Positions 8,985 to 17,674 of a DNA stretch of 42,104 nt are shown here, in pieces. The notes beneath the pieces were generated by a model. It made no database searches, was not told where the DNA came from, and saw only the letters and a program-made list of their open reading frames with translations. The first letter of the stretch is position 1; the number at the start of each line of letters is the position of its first letter. Source of the stretch: a virus (Duplodnaviria > Caudoviricetes); the IMG/VR virus record IMGVR_UViG_3300036773_000089, positions 1 to 42,104 of that record. One strand, given 5' to 3'. Position numbers and translations under genes: made by a program.

Positions 8985-10513
8985 TAGCCACTTCCCTTCT
9001 GCGTCTCCGCGACCCGCGACGATTGCAGGTAACGGTCGAGCCGCTGCACCGACCACGGCGCATCGCCCGAGAATTGATGTGAGAAGAGGGTCGCCGTCTG
9101 CCCCCGCTGCTTCTGATCCTGCCCGATCGCCGGCGCGACCCCGAGCTCGTAGGTAATCCCTTCGTCGAGCGCGCCGTAATCTTCGGCGACCTTGAGCACC
9201 ACTTCCCCGCTGCCCCACATCTTCGTCCCCACGAAGGTCTTTTCGTCGGCGTCTTCGAGTTCGTAGAGGCCCGACTGCCAGCGAGGTTCAAGGTTCCACG
9301 CCGAGGCGTCGAGGTCGGTGGCCGGGGTGTAGAAGTAGATCCGCCGGTTGCCCGCGCCGGTCCCCGAGAAGAAGAGCCGCGATCGCGTGTTGGTCTGTTC
9401 GTTCCACGCGACGAAGGAGTTGAGCGCGGCACCGTAGATCGTCCACGCCTGCTTGCGCAGATCGAACTTCATCAGCCGGTCGACGACGCCGCCTTCTTCG
9501 AGCCCGACGAAGAGGCATTCGCCCTGGTAGGCGATCCCCGCGGCGTTCACCCACCGCCTGCCGCCGAGGGTAGTGCCGATCGGGCCGACAAGTACCTGCG
9601 AGTGGGAGAGCGGTTCGAGGTCGTCGGAGAGAAGGGACGGTTCCGCGCCCGTGGTGGCGAACACGCCGGCGTCGGCGACGAAGTAGACCGAGTCGTTGCC
9701 GGCGATCACGTTCTCGGTGTGCTTGGCGCCGGGAGGCCGCATCCTCGTCCCGAGCTCGACCGAGCGGAAGTTGAAGACCGGCTGCCCGTTCGCGTCCGCG
9801 GAGACGCCGTAGAAGATGAAGCAGCGGGTTTCCTTGAAGACGAAGATCATCCCGCCGAAGGCCACGCACCCGACGATTTCCTCGCCGTCGCCGGGGTTGA
9901 GCTGGACGAACGCGGTGGGTTCGTATTCCTCCCCGTTGCCGGGCATGGAGAACCACACATGCGAGCCGCTCGAGATCGCGCCGGCGGGACCGCCCCCGGC
10001 CGTGGTGCCGGCGACGACCAGGCGGTTGCCGCCGTCCGGCCACACCGCCAAGAATTTGCCCTTCGGCATCGCCACGCCTGCGGCTTCGGCGACTTTGGCG
10101 GTGGGGCTCGTGAAGTCGGAGCCGTCGTAGCGCTTGAGGGTGTTTTCGGCGTCGGCGATGTAGGTGTAGCTCGCCGAGGGCGTCCCCAGCTTGGCGAAGG
10201 CGACGTGCTTTTCGTTGGTGGCGATCGTTTTGCCGGCGACCTCGCCGCCCGCTTCGTTGATCGCGAGGAGCGTGGCGCCGCGGCGGGAGATCAGCCGCAC
10301 GAGCGAATGCCCGAAGAGGACGTCGTAGCTCGAGGCAGCATCCGCGGCCGAGTAGGCGGCCGCACCCTGCCTCGAGCGCAACGTCGAGAGAGAGGCGTCC
10401 CAATCGACGTCGAGGCAGTCGATCGCGTTGTCGGAGCCGACGTCGTCGAGCGGCTTGTTGAGGATCAGACCCCCGTAGTTGGTGAAGGGGATCGGTCGGG
10501 GCGGCGTCGGCAC
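8984..10513 (-). CDS. Tail nozzle / stabilisation protein (T7 gp12 / P22 gp10-like), 509 aa
   Basis: GTG 10513 overlaps upstream TAG; N-terminal FTNYGGL, VWFS.PG and IFVFKE propeller-like motifs; follows the adaptor. Confidence 0.72.
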   Translation of the reverse strand: MPTPPRPIPFTNYGGLILNKPLDDVGSDNAIDCLDVDWDASLSTLRSRQGAAAYSAADAASSYDVLFGHSLVRLISRRGATLLAINEAGGEVAGKTIATNEKHVAFAKLGTPSASYTYIADAENTLKRYDGSDFTSPTAKVAEAAGVAMPKGKFLAVWPDGGNRLVVAGTTAGGGPAGAISSGSHVWFSMPGNGEEYEPTAFVQLNPGDGEEIVGCVAFGGMIFVFKETRCFIFYGVSADANGQPVFNFRSVELGTRMRPPGAKHTENVIAGNDSVYFVADAGVFATTGAEPSLLSDDLEPLSHSQVLVGPIGTTLGGRRWVNAAGIAYQGECLFVGLEEGGVVDRLMKFDLRKQAWTIYGAALNSFVAWNEQTNTRSRLFFSGTGAGNRRIYFYTPATDLDASAWNLEPRWQSGLYELEDADEKTFVGTKMWGSGEVVLKVAEDYGALDEGITYELGVAPAIGQDQKQRGQTATLFSHQFSGDAPWSVQRLDRYLQSSRVAETQKGSG

Positions 10514-11133
10514 TAGAGGTAGTCCCCCCGCTTGCCCTGCCGCGTCTGACGCCGCTCCTTGTCGTAGTTGGGCTTCATCAGCGCGTGGACCATTTTGTCG
10601 AGCACACGTTCGTAGTCCTTGAGGATTTCGGCGGCGGCCTCGAAGTTGTCGGTGGCCTTGTAGACCTCCACGCGGACGCGGGTGATGATCAGCTCTTGGT
10701 AGCGGGCGGGGATCAACGGTTCGTCGCCGTCGCCGAGCTCGACCGGGACCTTCCGGTAGTCGACGCGAAAGCTGCCGCCGCCGCTCGGCGCCGGGTAGAC
10801 CTTGATCGTCGAGTTGTCCTCCGTGTACCAGTATTCGGCGTTGCCGACGCCGTCGAGGTTCGGGTCGCCGAGGAGGAGCTGATTCAGGGTGACGGGTTCG
10901 ATCGGGTTGCGGTTGCGGAGGTCGGAGACGGCGACGACGTGCCCGAGCTCGGCGATCGCCAACGGCGCCGGGCCTTCCTGTTCGTCGAAGAGGAAAGGCC
11001 ACGGTTTGAAGTCGCAGATCTCGCCGATCGCGTTCTGAATCCAGCGGTTGATCCGCTCTTCGCCGCCCTCGTCGCGGGCGATGTTTTCGGCCCCGAGGGC
11101 GACGACCTCTTTGCGGATTTCTTCTCGGTTCAT
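10513..11133 (-). CDS. Head-tail adaptor (tail tubular protein A-like), 206 aa
   Basis: INRWIQNA..EIC..KPWPF, IKVYPAP and DEPLIPARYQELI motifs; gene order. Confidence 0.75.
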   Translation of the reverse strand: MNREEIRKEVVALGAENIARDEGGEERINRWIQNAIGEICDFKPWPFLFDEQEGPAPLAIAELGHVVAVSDLRNRNPIEPVTLNQLLLGDPNLDGVGNAEYWYTEDNSTIKVYPAPSGGGSFRVDYRKVPVELGDGDEPLIPARYQELIITRVRVEVYKATDNFEAAAEILKDYERVLDKMVHALMKPNYDKERRQTRQGKRGDYL

Positions 11134-11733
11134 CTAGGCACCCGCTGGCAGTACAAGCCCAGAGTCGGACGTCTTCGGGAAGCTCACACCGCCGGCGTAG
11201 GGGACGTGGGTGTCGTGGCCCCGGTCGGTGCGTCGATGCTCGCCACCGTCGCCCCTGACGCGCTTGGCGGCCCGGTAGGCGAGGGCGACTTCGTCTTCGC
11301 GCTGTTCGCCCTCGAGCAGCTCCGCACGGATGCGCGCCCGCTCGGCCCCTTCTTCGGCGTTGCGGATCTCCTCGAGCGCACCGCGGCGCCAGAGGTCCCG
11401 TTTCTTGAGCTCCTCGACCAGGGCGAGGTCGGGCTCGCGGTAGACCCAGTCCTCGCCGCAGATCGGGAAGTAGGCGTTCTGCGGGTGGGTGAGGAGCTTG
11501 ACGTGCCACCGGCCAGGGACGACACCTGGGCCGCGTTCGCGGGGGTGCAGCTCCCCGGCGCGGGGTTCAATGAAGACCACCCGAAGGCGGTCGTCGATCG
11601 TGCGCAGCTCGCGCTCGAGGGGTTGCCCCTTCGAGTTGTCGGCTGCCTCCATCTGCTCTCGCCGGGCATCCAGCGCCCGCATCCTCTCCTCGCGGGAGAT
11701 CGGAACGTGGAGCCCGGCCGGGGTGACAGGCAT
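11134..11733 (-). CDS. Hypothetical protein of head/tail block, 199 aa
   Basis: ATG 11733 (MPVTPAGLHVP) just after the upstream stop; coding-like composition. Confidence 0.7.
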   Translation of the reverse strand: MPVTPAGLHVPISREERMRALDARREQMEAADNSKGQPLERELRTIDDRLRVVFIEPRAGELHPRERGPGVVPGRWHVKLLTHPQNAYFPICGEDWVYREPDLALVEELKKRDLWRRGALEEIRNAEEGAERARIRAELLEGEQREDEVALAYRAAKRVRGDGGEHRRTDRGHDTHVPYAGGVSFPKTSDSGLVLPAGA

Positions 11734-11738
11734 CGGCC

Positions 11739-12053
11739 CTAGTGCCCGTACGCCGTGACTTCGACTTCGACCTTGGAGCAGTCGACGGCGCCGGCGACCT
11801 CTTTGCCGGTTTTCGAGCCGATCAGGTGGATCTTGCTCGTGGCCGGCGTGTAGAACGCGGTCGGCGACCCTTCGGCTTCTGAGCCGTGGATCACCTGACA
11901 GATCGCCGAGGTCACCTTCTTGAGGCCGAGCTGCGCGGCCGTGCAGGGCTCGCCTTCGGCCTGGTAGCTGTTGTCGAAGACGATCTTGGTGATCGTTTTC
12001 TTCTCCGTGCCGGGGACACGGCGCTTCTTGAGAACCGTTGCAACAACACCCAT
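11739..12053 (-). CDS. Putative capsid decoration / cement protein, 104 aa
   Basis: SD AAGGAG; small beta-rich protein directly after the major capsid gene. Confidence 0.55.
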   Translation of the reverse strand: MGVVATVLKKRRVPGTEKKTITKIVFDNSYQAEGEPCTAAQLGLKKVTSAICQVIHGSEAEGSPTAFYTPATSKIHLIGSKTGKEVAGAVDCSKVEVEVTAYGH

Positions 12054-12099
12054 CGTGGGCTCCTTTTGGTCGAGTGAAAGGCGTGGAAGTTCGGAACGC

Positions 12100-12134
12100 A
12101 GAAGAGCCGCTCCCCCGGCAATGGGGAGCGGCTC
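12100..12134 (-). terminator. Hairpin after major capsid gene (partial terminator or mRNA stabiliser)
   Basis: 12-bp stem GAGCCGCTCCCC/GGGGAGCGGCTC followed by weak TTCT tail on minus strand. Confidence 0.65.
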
Positions 12135-12140
12135 GAGCTG

Positions 12141-13349
12141 CTAGTTCAGTTTCGTCGCGACCGCGTGCGTGTTGCGACGAAGGAGGGCGGTGTTGAGGCG
12201 CCAGAACATGTCGCCTCGGAACCGCGTGGTCCCCTCCTGGTGCCGGATCATCTCCGGCGAGGCCCACTGCGGCCCCTGCTTGCTGCGGATCGACCCGAGG
12301 TCTTTTTTCCGCAACATGAACATCGTCCGATCGAGGCAGTCGAAGTGACGCTCGATCGAGGTACCGCTCGGGGTGGTGAGCCCGTTCCGTTTGCCGGTGT
12401 TGTAGGCGTCCCCGGCGTTGAAGCGGACCTGCGCCTGGAGTTCTTCACTCACGATGCGGATCTGCTTCGCGGACGTGATGCACCAATCGGCTTCCTCACC
12501 CGAGGTCTGGAAGATTTCGTCTTCCATTTCGTAGATGAGGCTCGTCGACACGTCCTGTGCCGTCGAGTTGACGAACGAGGCCCAACCGGGAACTTCGGTC
12601 GGGCTGATCCCGCCGTAGGTCGTGGTGTCACTGAGCATCGCCAGCAACCCGTCGACCTCGAACGAGTTTTCACCCGCACGGGCGTTGCAGATCGACACGA
12701 AGAATTTGCCGGCTTCTTCGGTGTCGACGTTCGCGCCACTGATCGTGATCGTGCTTTCTTTCACCGAGACGGCCGTGATTTCACGGTTGCCCACGAGGTT
12801 GTCCTCGTCGGCTTTCGTCCCGATGTCGACCTTGAGGCCGGGGTACAGATGCCCTCGCTTGAGGGCGTTGGCCCCATCCCCGGTGACCGGCAGGACGACG
12901 TTGCCGCCCCCGTTGTCGCCGAGCGAGCAGATGATGCCGGACCCGTCCGAGAACAGGCCCCGCTGCAACTGCCGTTTGATCCCGTCGACCGCGCCCGAAC
13001 GCTCCGTCTCGACCGCCTGCGCAACTGCCAGGGCGGACGTCGCGGATTCGTCGATCACGGCCGACTCGATGATCACGTCGAACCAGTTGTGCGAGTACAG
13101 GTAATCCGCACGTTTGGTGACGACGTTGGTGCCTTCGTTCAGTTCCGAGGAACCGTCCCGGGGCACCGCCGAGAAGCCACCCGAGAGCCCGGTGCGGACG
13201 GTGACGCGGCAAGTGTCACCGTTTTCGCCCTCGGGGGTGAGTTTCACGAACTGATCGAGCAGCGGCGAACCGACGAAGACCGAGTTTTCGATCGAGTCGG
13301 AGAGCCACGTCTCTTTCATTGCCGCCAGGAAGGCGGTCGCGTTCTGCAT
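12141..13349 (-). CDS. Major capsid protein (HK97 fold expected), 402 aa
   Basis: Size, position after scaffold, RQLQRGLFSDGSG and C-terminal RRNTHAVATKL motifs, downstream hairpin. Confidence 0.85.
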   Translation of the reverse strand: MQNATAFLAAMKETWLSDSIENSVFVGSPLLDQFVKLTPEGENGDTCRVTVRTGLSGGFSAVPRDGSSELNEGTNVVTKRADYLYSHNWFDVIIESAVIDESATSALAVAQAVETERSGAVDGIKRQLQRGLFSDGSGIICSLGDNGGGNVVLPVTGDGANALKRGHLYPGLKVDIGTKADEDNLVGNREITAVSVKESTITISGANVDTEEAGKFFVSICNARAGENSFEVDGLLAMLSDTTTYGGISPTEVPGWASFVNSTAQDVSTSLIYEMEDEIFQTSGEEADWCITSAKQIRIVSEELQAQVRFNAGDAYNTGKRNGLTTPSGTSIERHFDCLDRTMFMLRKKDLGSIRSKQGPQWASPEMIRHQEGTTRFRGDMFWRLNTALLRRNTHAVATKLN

Positions 13350-13357
13350 CAGCGCTC

Positions 13358-14311
13358 CTAGTTGTCTTGTGAGGCCATCGCCCTTTCGGCCGCTGCTGCG
13401 CCGAGTTGGAGACGCTCCTCGTCGTTTTTCGGATCGAGCGCCTTGCCGCCGGGCTTACCACCCGGTGCCCCTCGTCCCGGTTTGGAGCGCTCTTTGGCCC
13501 ACTGCTGCTCGCGGCGGGTCAACCACCCTTTGAGGGTTGCTGCTGCGCTCTCGTAATCGGGCAAGCCGTCCGGCCCCGGTGACGCTTCCGCGCGGTGGCG
13601 GATAAATGCGTCCTCGTCGTCGTCCAGCTCGCGGCCCCAGGAACCTTCGATTGACTCGAGTTCCTGATCGGCCAGGTCGTCGAGCGCCTGCTCGACTTCC
13701 CCTGCCTCACGCTCCTGTTTTTCGGAAGCACGCTCGTTCTCGAGGTTGTCGAGGCGAGTAGCGAGCTCGTCCTCGTCGCCTCCCTCGAGCAGCTCCCTGA
13801 GCTCGTCGTCGATCTCCCCGCCGCCGCGACCGCCGCCCGAGATCCCGAGGGCCTCGAGGGTGTCCGCGTCGGTGAGGTCGATCCCCATGAGCGACAGGTA
13901 GTGGGGCATCGTTGAGGGGTCACGGAGGCCCTGGATGAGGGCTTCCTGTTGTTCGGCTTCACGCCTAACCCCGGTGATCTCCTCGCGGTCTGCTTGTCGG
14001 CGTTTGGTGTAGTTGCCCTGCCACTCTTTTTGCAGGGCTTCCACCGCCGGGCGTGCCGCGGGGTCGACCGTGTCGAGGTCGAAGGAGTCGATGAAGGACT
14101 CCTCTGCATCACCACCGCCAGCATCGCCGGCGGGCTCTCCGTCGCCGTCCCCATCACCACCGTCATTGACGAGAGTGCCGGGGGGAAGGGTGGCGCGTTC
14201 TGCCGCCCAGTTGGCTTCGAGGCCCGGCGCGATCTCGAGGATCTCGTCGAGCATCGGGAGGGTGTCGGGAACCGCCTTGTTCGACTCGAGGGCCGAGGGC
14301 GTGTCCTTCAT
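13358..14311 (-). CDS. Capsid scaffolding protein, 317 aa
   Basis: SD AAGGAG before ATG 14311; acidic coiled-coil; WQGNYTKRRQ motif; lies between portal and capsid genes. Confidence 0.8.
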   Translation of the reverse strand: MKDTPSALESNKAVPDTLPMLDEILEIAPGLEANWAAERATLPPGTLVNDGGDGDGDGEPAGDAGGGDAEESFIDSFDLDTVDPAARPAVEALQKEWQGNYTKRRQADREEITGVRREAEQQEALIQGLRDPSTMPHYLSLMGIDLTDADTLEALGISGGGRGGGEIDDELRELLEGGDEDELATRLDNLENERASEKQEREAGEVEQALDDLADQELESIEGSWGRELDDDEDAFIRHRAEASPGPDGLPDYESAAATLKGWLTRREQQWAKERSKPGRGAPGGKPGGKALDPKNDEERLQLGAAAAERAMASQDN

Positions 14312-14397
14312 GGTGTGACTCCTTTGGTGTGTGTGGGGCGCTCGAGAGCGCTTGTCCACTGTTTTGTGCCGGGGGGCCGACCGTGGCCCTTGTCCGG
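14289..14397 (-). promoter_or_regulatory. Tandem GG-ACAA-bulged RNA hairpins around the scaffold start
   Basis: CCGG-ACAA-GGGCC..GGCCC-C-CCGG and GTGG-ACAA-GCGCTC..GAGCGC-C-CCAC, plus a weaker third copy just inside the ORF. Confidence 0.6.
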
Positions 14398-14477
14398 GGT
14401 AAGTTCGTGTCGCGGCGATCGGCGACGACGGAAGACGTCGCGCAGGTCCTCGGCGACGGCAATTCGTCGCGCGGGCC

Positions 14478-16628
14478 CTATTCGCCGGGTTCGTTGGCGG
14501 TGACCGGCGTTTCGCCGTTGCCACCGCCCACCTGGGGGCTGCCGCCGGGGAGCGAGGGCATTTCCTTCGGCCCCTGTTCCTTCGCGGCGTTCGCCTGACC
14601 CTGTTCTTCGGCGAGCTGGTTCTGCACTTCTTCTTCGCGCACCTGGGCCTGCGTTTCGAGGTCGAGGAGCTTTTGGTAGTAGAAGAGCGAGGCGTCCTTG
14701 GTGAGGCGCGGCGACCGATCCCAATCGTCGGTCTTCATCCATTCCTCCATCGCCGATTTGAGGATCGGCAGCGAGTCGAACGGACGCGGGAGCCAGCCGG
14801 GGACCATCGGGCGGCCGCCGACTTCCTCGAGCACTTCCTCGCCGGGGAGCGCCGGCCGGAGCGGCTGATTCCAGAAGGTGCCGTCGCGGAGCTGCTCGAT
14901 CACGCGGTGGGCTCGGCCGACGTCCTCTTCGTAGCCCTGGATCAGTTTTTCCGGCGTGGCCGAGTTGAGCGCCTCGATCACGACCTCGGGGGAGAAGACG
15001 CCGGGGAAGGTCTGGACGAGCTGCATGATCCGCTGTTCGATCTGCGGGCGGGTCTGCATGTTGGTCGCCGACTGCTTGACCGCGACGTCGGTCTGGTTGC
15101 GGAGGTCGGCGCCGGTGAAGTCGCCCACGGGTTCCCAACCCATCGTGCCCCGGTACTTCATCAGGCGATCGGCGCCGTAGCGGGTCTGCGCGATCACGAG
15201 AGAGTCGGACATCAGATCCGAGCGGAAGCGGTCGAAGTCGTCGACGAACTTCTGCCAGGCGACCCGACTCAATTCGACCACGGAGTTGATCGCCGTCCCC
15301 GATTCCACCTGCGAGGGAATGTCCTGATCGAAGGTGATGTCGACGAAGCGCTGTTTGGCCCGTTCTTCCATCTCGAAAAGCTCGGCCGGGAAGGTGATGT
15401 TTTCGCGCCATTCCGGCTTTTCACCGTTGGCGAGCGTGCGGTCGTACTCGATCACGAGGCCGGGCTCGTCGGTCGGGTCGGTGAGCAGCACACCCTCGGC
15501 GGCGAGGATCTGCGCGACGAGCCCGATCTGCGAATACTCCGACTGCTTGTTGATCGCCTGGTCGTAGCCGCGGACCACGTCGATGATCTTCTGCACGAGG
15601 CCCTTGGCGCGGTCGCTCGAGGCGTCGACGTCGTAGATCAGCCGGCGCAGGCAGGGGCGGTCGACGACGTTGCCGTGGCCGTCTTCGAGCGGGTAGTCCT
15701 CGTCCTCGAAGATTTTGCGTCCGTCCGCGAAGGTCTGCCAGCGACCCTTCGGATATTTGGGGCACGGCCGCTCGAAGTATTCGGTCGTGATGCACATCTT
15801 CGAGCCCTTCTTCTCACGGCTCGTGGTGCGTCCCGTGGCGGCGCTGGCGGCGTCGGGTTGGAGTTTGCCCTCCGGCACCTTGAGGAAGCCGGGCTCGTCT
15901 TCGAGCTCCTCGATCGCGCGGGCGTGCTCGACCGCGTACCAGCGGCTTTTCTCGAAGTCGACACCCGGCTCCCACAGAACCTCGAGCCCCGAGTAGATCG
16001 TGACTTCGATCTCGCCGCGGCCGCGCCAGATCGGTGCTTCGGGATCGGGCAGGCCCGCGTAGGGCGTCTCGCCCGTCTCGGGGTCGACGAAGTCCGCTTC
16101 GGGGTGCTGGGAGACGTCGATGTAGGGACCGACGTTGCCGTTCCACGCGGCCCGGCCGAAGGCTTCCTCGGTGACCATCGCCCACCACAGCGCCTTCGCC
16201 TCACCCTCGGGGAAGCCCCAGATCGAGTAGCCCGCCCGAGCAAGCCGCTGGGCGATTCTCGAGGCGGCGTAATCTTCCATATCGCCGGTGACCGCCGTCG
16301 ATTCCCATTCGGGTTCGCGCTGCGTGGCCGCCGAGATTTTCCGCTTGAGCATCGGGCTGATGATGTCGTTGGAGCGGCGCACCCGATGGTCGGGCTTCTC
16401 GCCTCCCTGCGCGACGACGGTGGTGGAGACGTCGACGACGCGACTGCCCTCCTCGTTGATCTCGGCGAAGTGGTTGCCGTTGGCGAACTTGATCCCGAGC
16501 TGCCGGCGGGCGACGACTTCGTTGAGCCCGTCGCGGCCGCGTTTCAACCGCTGGTCGACGTCGGCCGGCACCTTTTCCCGACCGGGGATCTCCTCTGCCT
16601 GGGGGGTGTCGACGACGACGTCTGACAT
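14478..16628 (-). CDS. Portal protein (P22-like), 716 aa
   Basis: Size, position downstream of TerL, F..GNH.. and SGTAINSVVE motifs, Gln/Glu-rich tail. Confidence 0.85.
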   Translation of the reverse strand: MSDVVVDTPQAEEIPGREKVPADVDQRLKRGRDGLNEVVARRQLGIKFANGNHFAEINEEGSRVVDVSTTVVAQGGEKPDHRVRRSNDIISPMLKRKISAATQREPEWESTAVTGDMEDYAASRIAQRLARAGYSIWGFPEGEAKALWWAMVTEEAFGRAAWNGNVGPYIDVSQHPEADFVDPETGETPYAGLPDPEAPIWRGRGEIEVTIYSGLEVLWEPGVDFEKSRWYAVEHARAIEELEDEPGFLKVPEGKLQPDAASAATGRTTSREKKGSKMCITTEYFERPCPKYPKGRWQTFADGRKIFEDEDYPLEDGHGNVVDRPCLRRLIYDVDASSDRAKGLVQKIIDVVRGYDQAINKQSEYSQIGLVAQILAAEGVLLTDPTDEPGLVIEYDRTLANGEKPEWRENITFPAELFEMEERAKQRFVDITFDQDIPSQVESGTAINSVVELSRVAWQKFVDDFDRFRSDLMSDSLVIAQTRYGADRLMKYRGTMGWEPVGDFTGADLRNQTDVAVKQSATNMQTRPQIEQRIMQLVQTFPGVFSPEVVIEALNSATPEKLIQGYEEDVGRAHRVIEQLRDGTFWNQPLRPALPGEEVLEEVGGRPMVPGWLPRPFDSLPILKSAMEEWMKTDDWDRSPRLTKDASLFYYQKLLDLETQAQVREEEVQNQLAEEQGQANAAKEQGPKEMPSLPGGSPQVGGGNGETPVTANEPGE

Positions 16629-16951
16629 CAGCTACCGCTCTCCTCTTTATCGCGCGCCGCGAAGGCTTTGTCGTCGTCGGCACCGATCGGCTGACGTCGT
16701 TTGTAGGGCCTCTCGCGCCGCGCCTCGAGCTGCGCGTCGTGGACGGCGATCTCCGGCGCCTGGATGCGCTGGTAGAGCTCCCGTCGCTCCTCTGCAGCGG
16801 CGACACGTTCCGCGGCCGTCTCCGCGCGGCTACGGGCCAGATCCGCGTCGGCCTTGATCGTCAGCTTCGAGATCCGCTGTTCCCAGAGCAGATCTCGATA
16901 GACGACGAGCGCGACCAGGGCGAGGATGGCGACCGCGAGAAGGATCGTCAT
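16628..16951 (-). CDS. Small protein with N-terminal transmembrane helix and coiled coil, 107 aa
   Basis: ATG 16951 overlaps upstream TGA; MTILLAVAILALVALVVY. Confidence 0.7.
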   Translation of the reverse strand: MTILLAVAILALVALVVYRDLLWEQRISKLTIKADADLARSRAETAAERVAAAEERRELYQRIQAPEIAVHDAQLEARRERPYKRRQPIGADDDKAFAARDKEESGS

Positions 16952-17340
16952 TGGAGCGGCGAGGCCCCGACCGAGTATTTCCATTCGCTCCCCGCGGAGT
17001 GGGTGACTTTCACCCTGAACTTCCGCGGCAGCGGCAGGCCCATCACTTCGTGGCTGCCGACCGCTTCCGTCTCGAGCGCGCCGGGGTAGATCGAGAAGAG
17101 GAGCGTCGTGCCGGCGCCGAGTTCTTCGCCTTTTTTGGAGGCTTTGAACGCGGTGAGCGGGACGTACTTGCCGCTCGCCGGATCTTTGGCTTCGAGCTGC
17201 AAGGTGAGCGTCTCGGCCGTGTTGGGCGCTTTGGTGACGTCGAGCGCGAGCAACACCCCGCGCTGGCCGGCGGTCGCGTTGACGTCGGCGCTCGAGGTCG
17301 TCGCGGTGCGGGCTTCGTTACTGAGCAGCGTGCCGTTCAT
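16948..17340 (-). CDS. Putative beta-sandwich virion protein, 130 aa
   Basis: SD GGAGG; alternating beta-strand pattern (GVLLALDVT, LTLQLEAKDP, FRVKVTH). Confidence 0.6.
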   Translation of the reverse strand: MNGTLLSNEARTATTSSADVNATAGQRGVLLALDVTKAPNTAETLTLQLEAKDPASGKYVPLTAFKASKKGEELGAGTTLLFSIYPGALETEAVGSHEVMGLPLPRKFRVKVTHSAGSEWKYSVGASPLQ

Positions 17341-17666
17341 TTCTCCTCCGTGGTCAATGCCGCGCGCAGTTTGTCTTCGGCGGCGGACAGGTCTTCCTTG
17401 CCGGCGACGATCGCCCGCAGGCGTCCGGCCTCGGCGTTGGCCTCCTCGAGCTCGCCCTTGAGCTCGTCGACGTCGGCCTGCTTCACCATCCCGCAGAGCA
17501 CCGCCGCCTCTTCGACGATCACCCGGCGGACGTAGATGTGCGGGTCGACGCCGTCGTAGTCCTTGCCGAAGTCGACGACCTCGCCGTCACGGCGGCCGGA
17601 CACGACGCAGGTGTGGGGCGGCCTCGAGCTTGGCTGCGGCAGGGTGATGATCTTCGTTCGGGGCAT
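17337..17666 (-). CDS. Hypothetical protein with C-terminal coiled coil, 109 aa
   Basis: SD AAGGA before ATG 17666 (MPRTKIITLP). Confidence 0.7.
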   Translation of the reverse strand: MPRTKIITLPQPSSRPPHTCVVSGRRDGEVVDFGKDYDGVDPHIYVRRVIVEEAAVLCGMVKQADVDELKGELEEANAEAGRLRAIVAGKEDLSAAEDKLRAALTTEEK

Positions 17667-17674
17667 GGTTCCTT

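Noticed and set aside
4300-14480. Amber (TAG) stop-codon recoding
   Set aside because: TAGs fall at sensible gene ends, usually followed by SD-led or overlapping starts; genes are not fragmented and no suppressor tRNA is seen.
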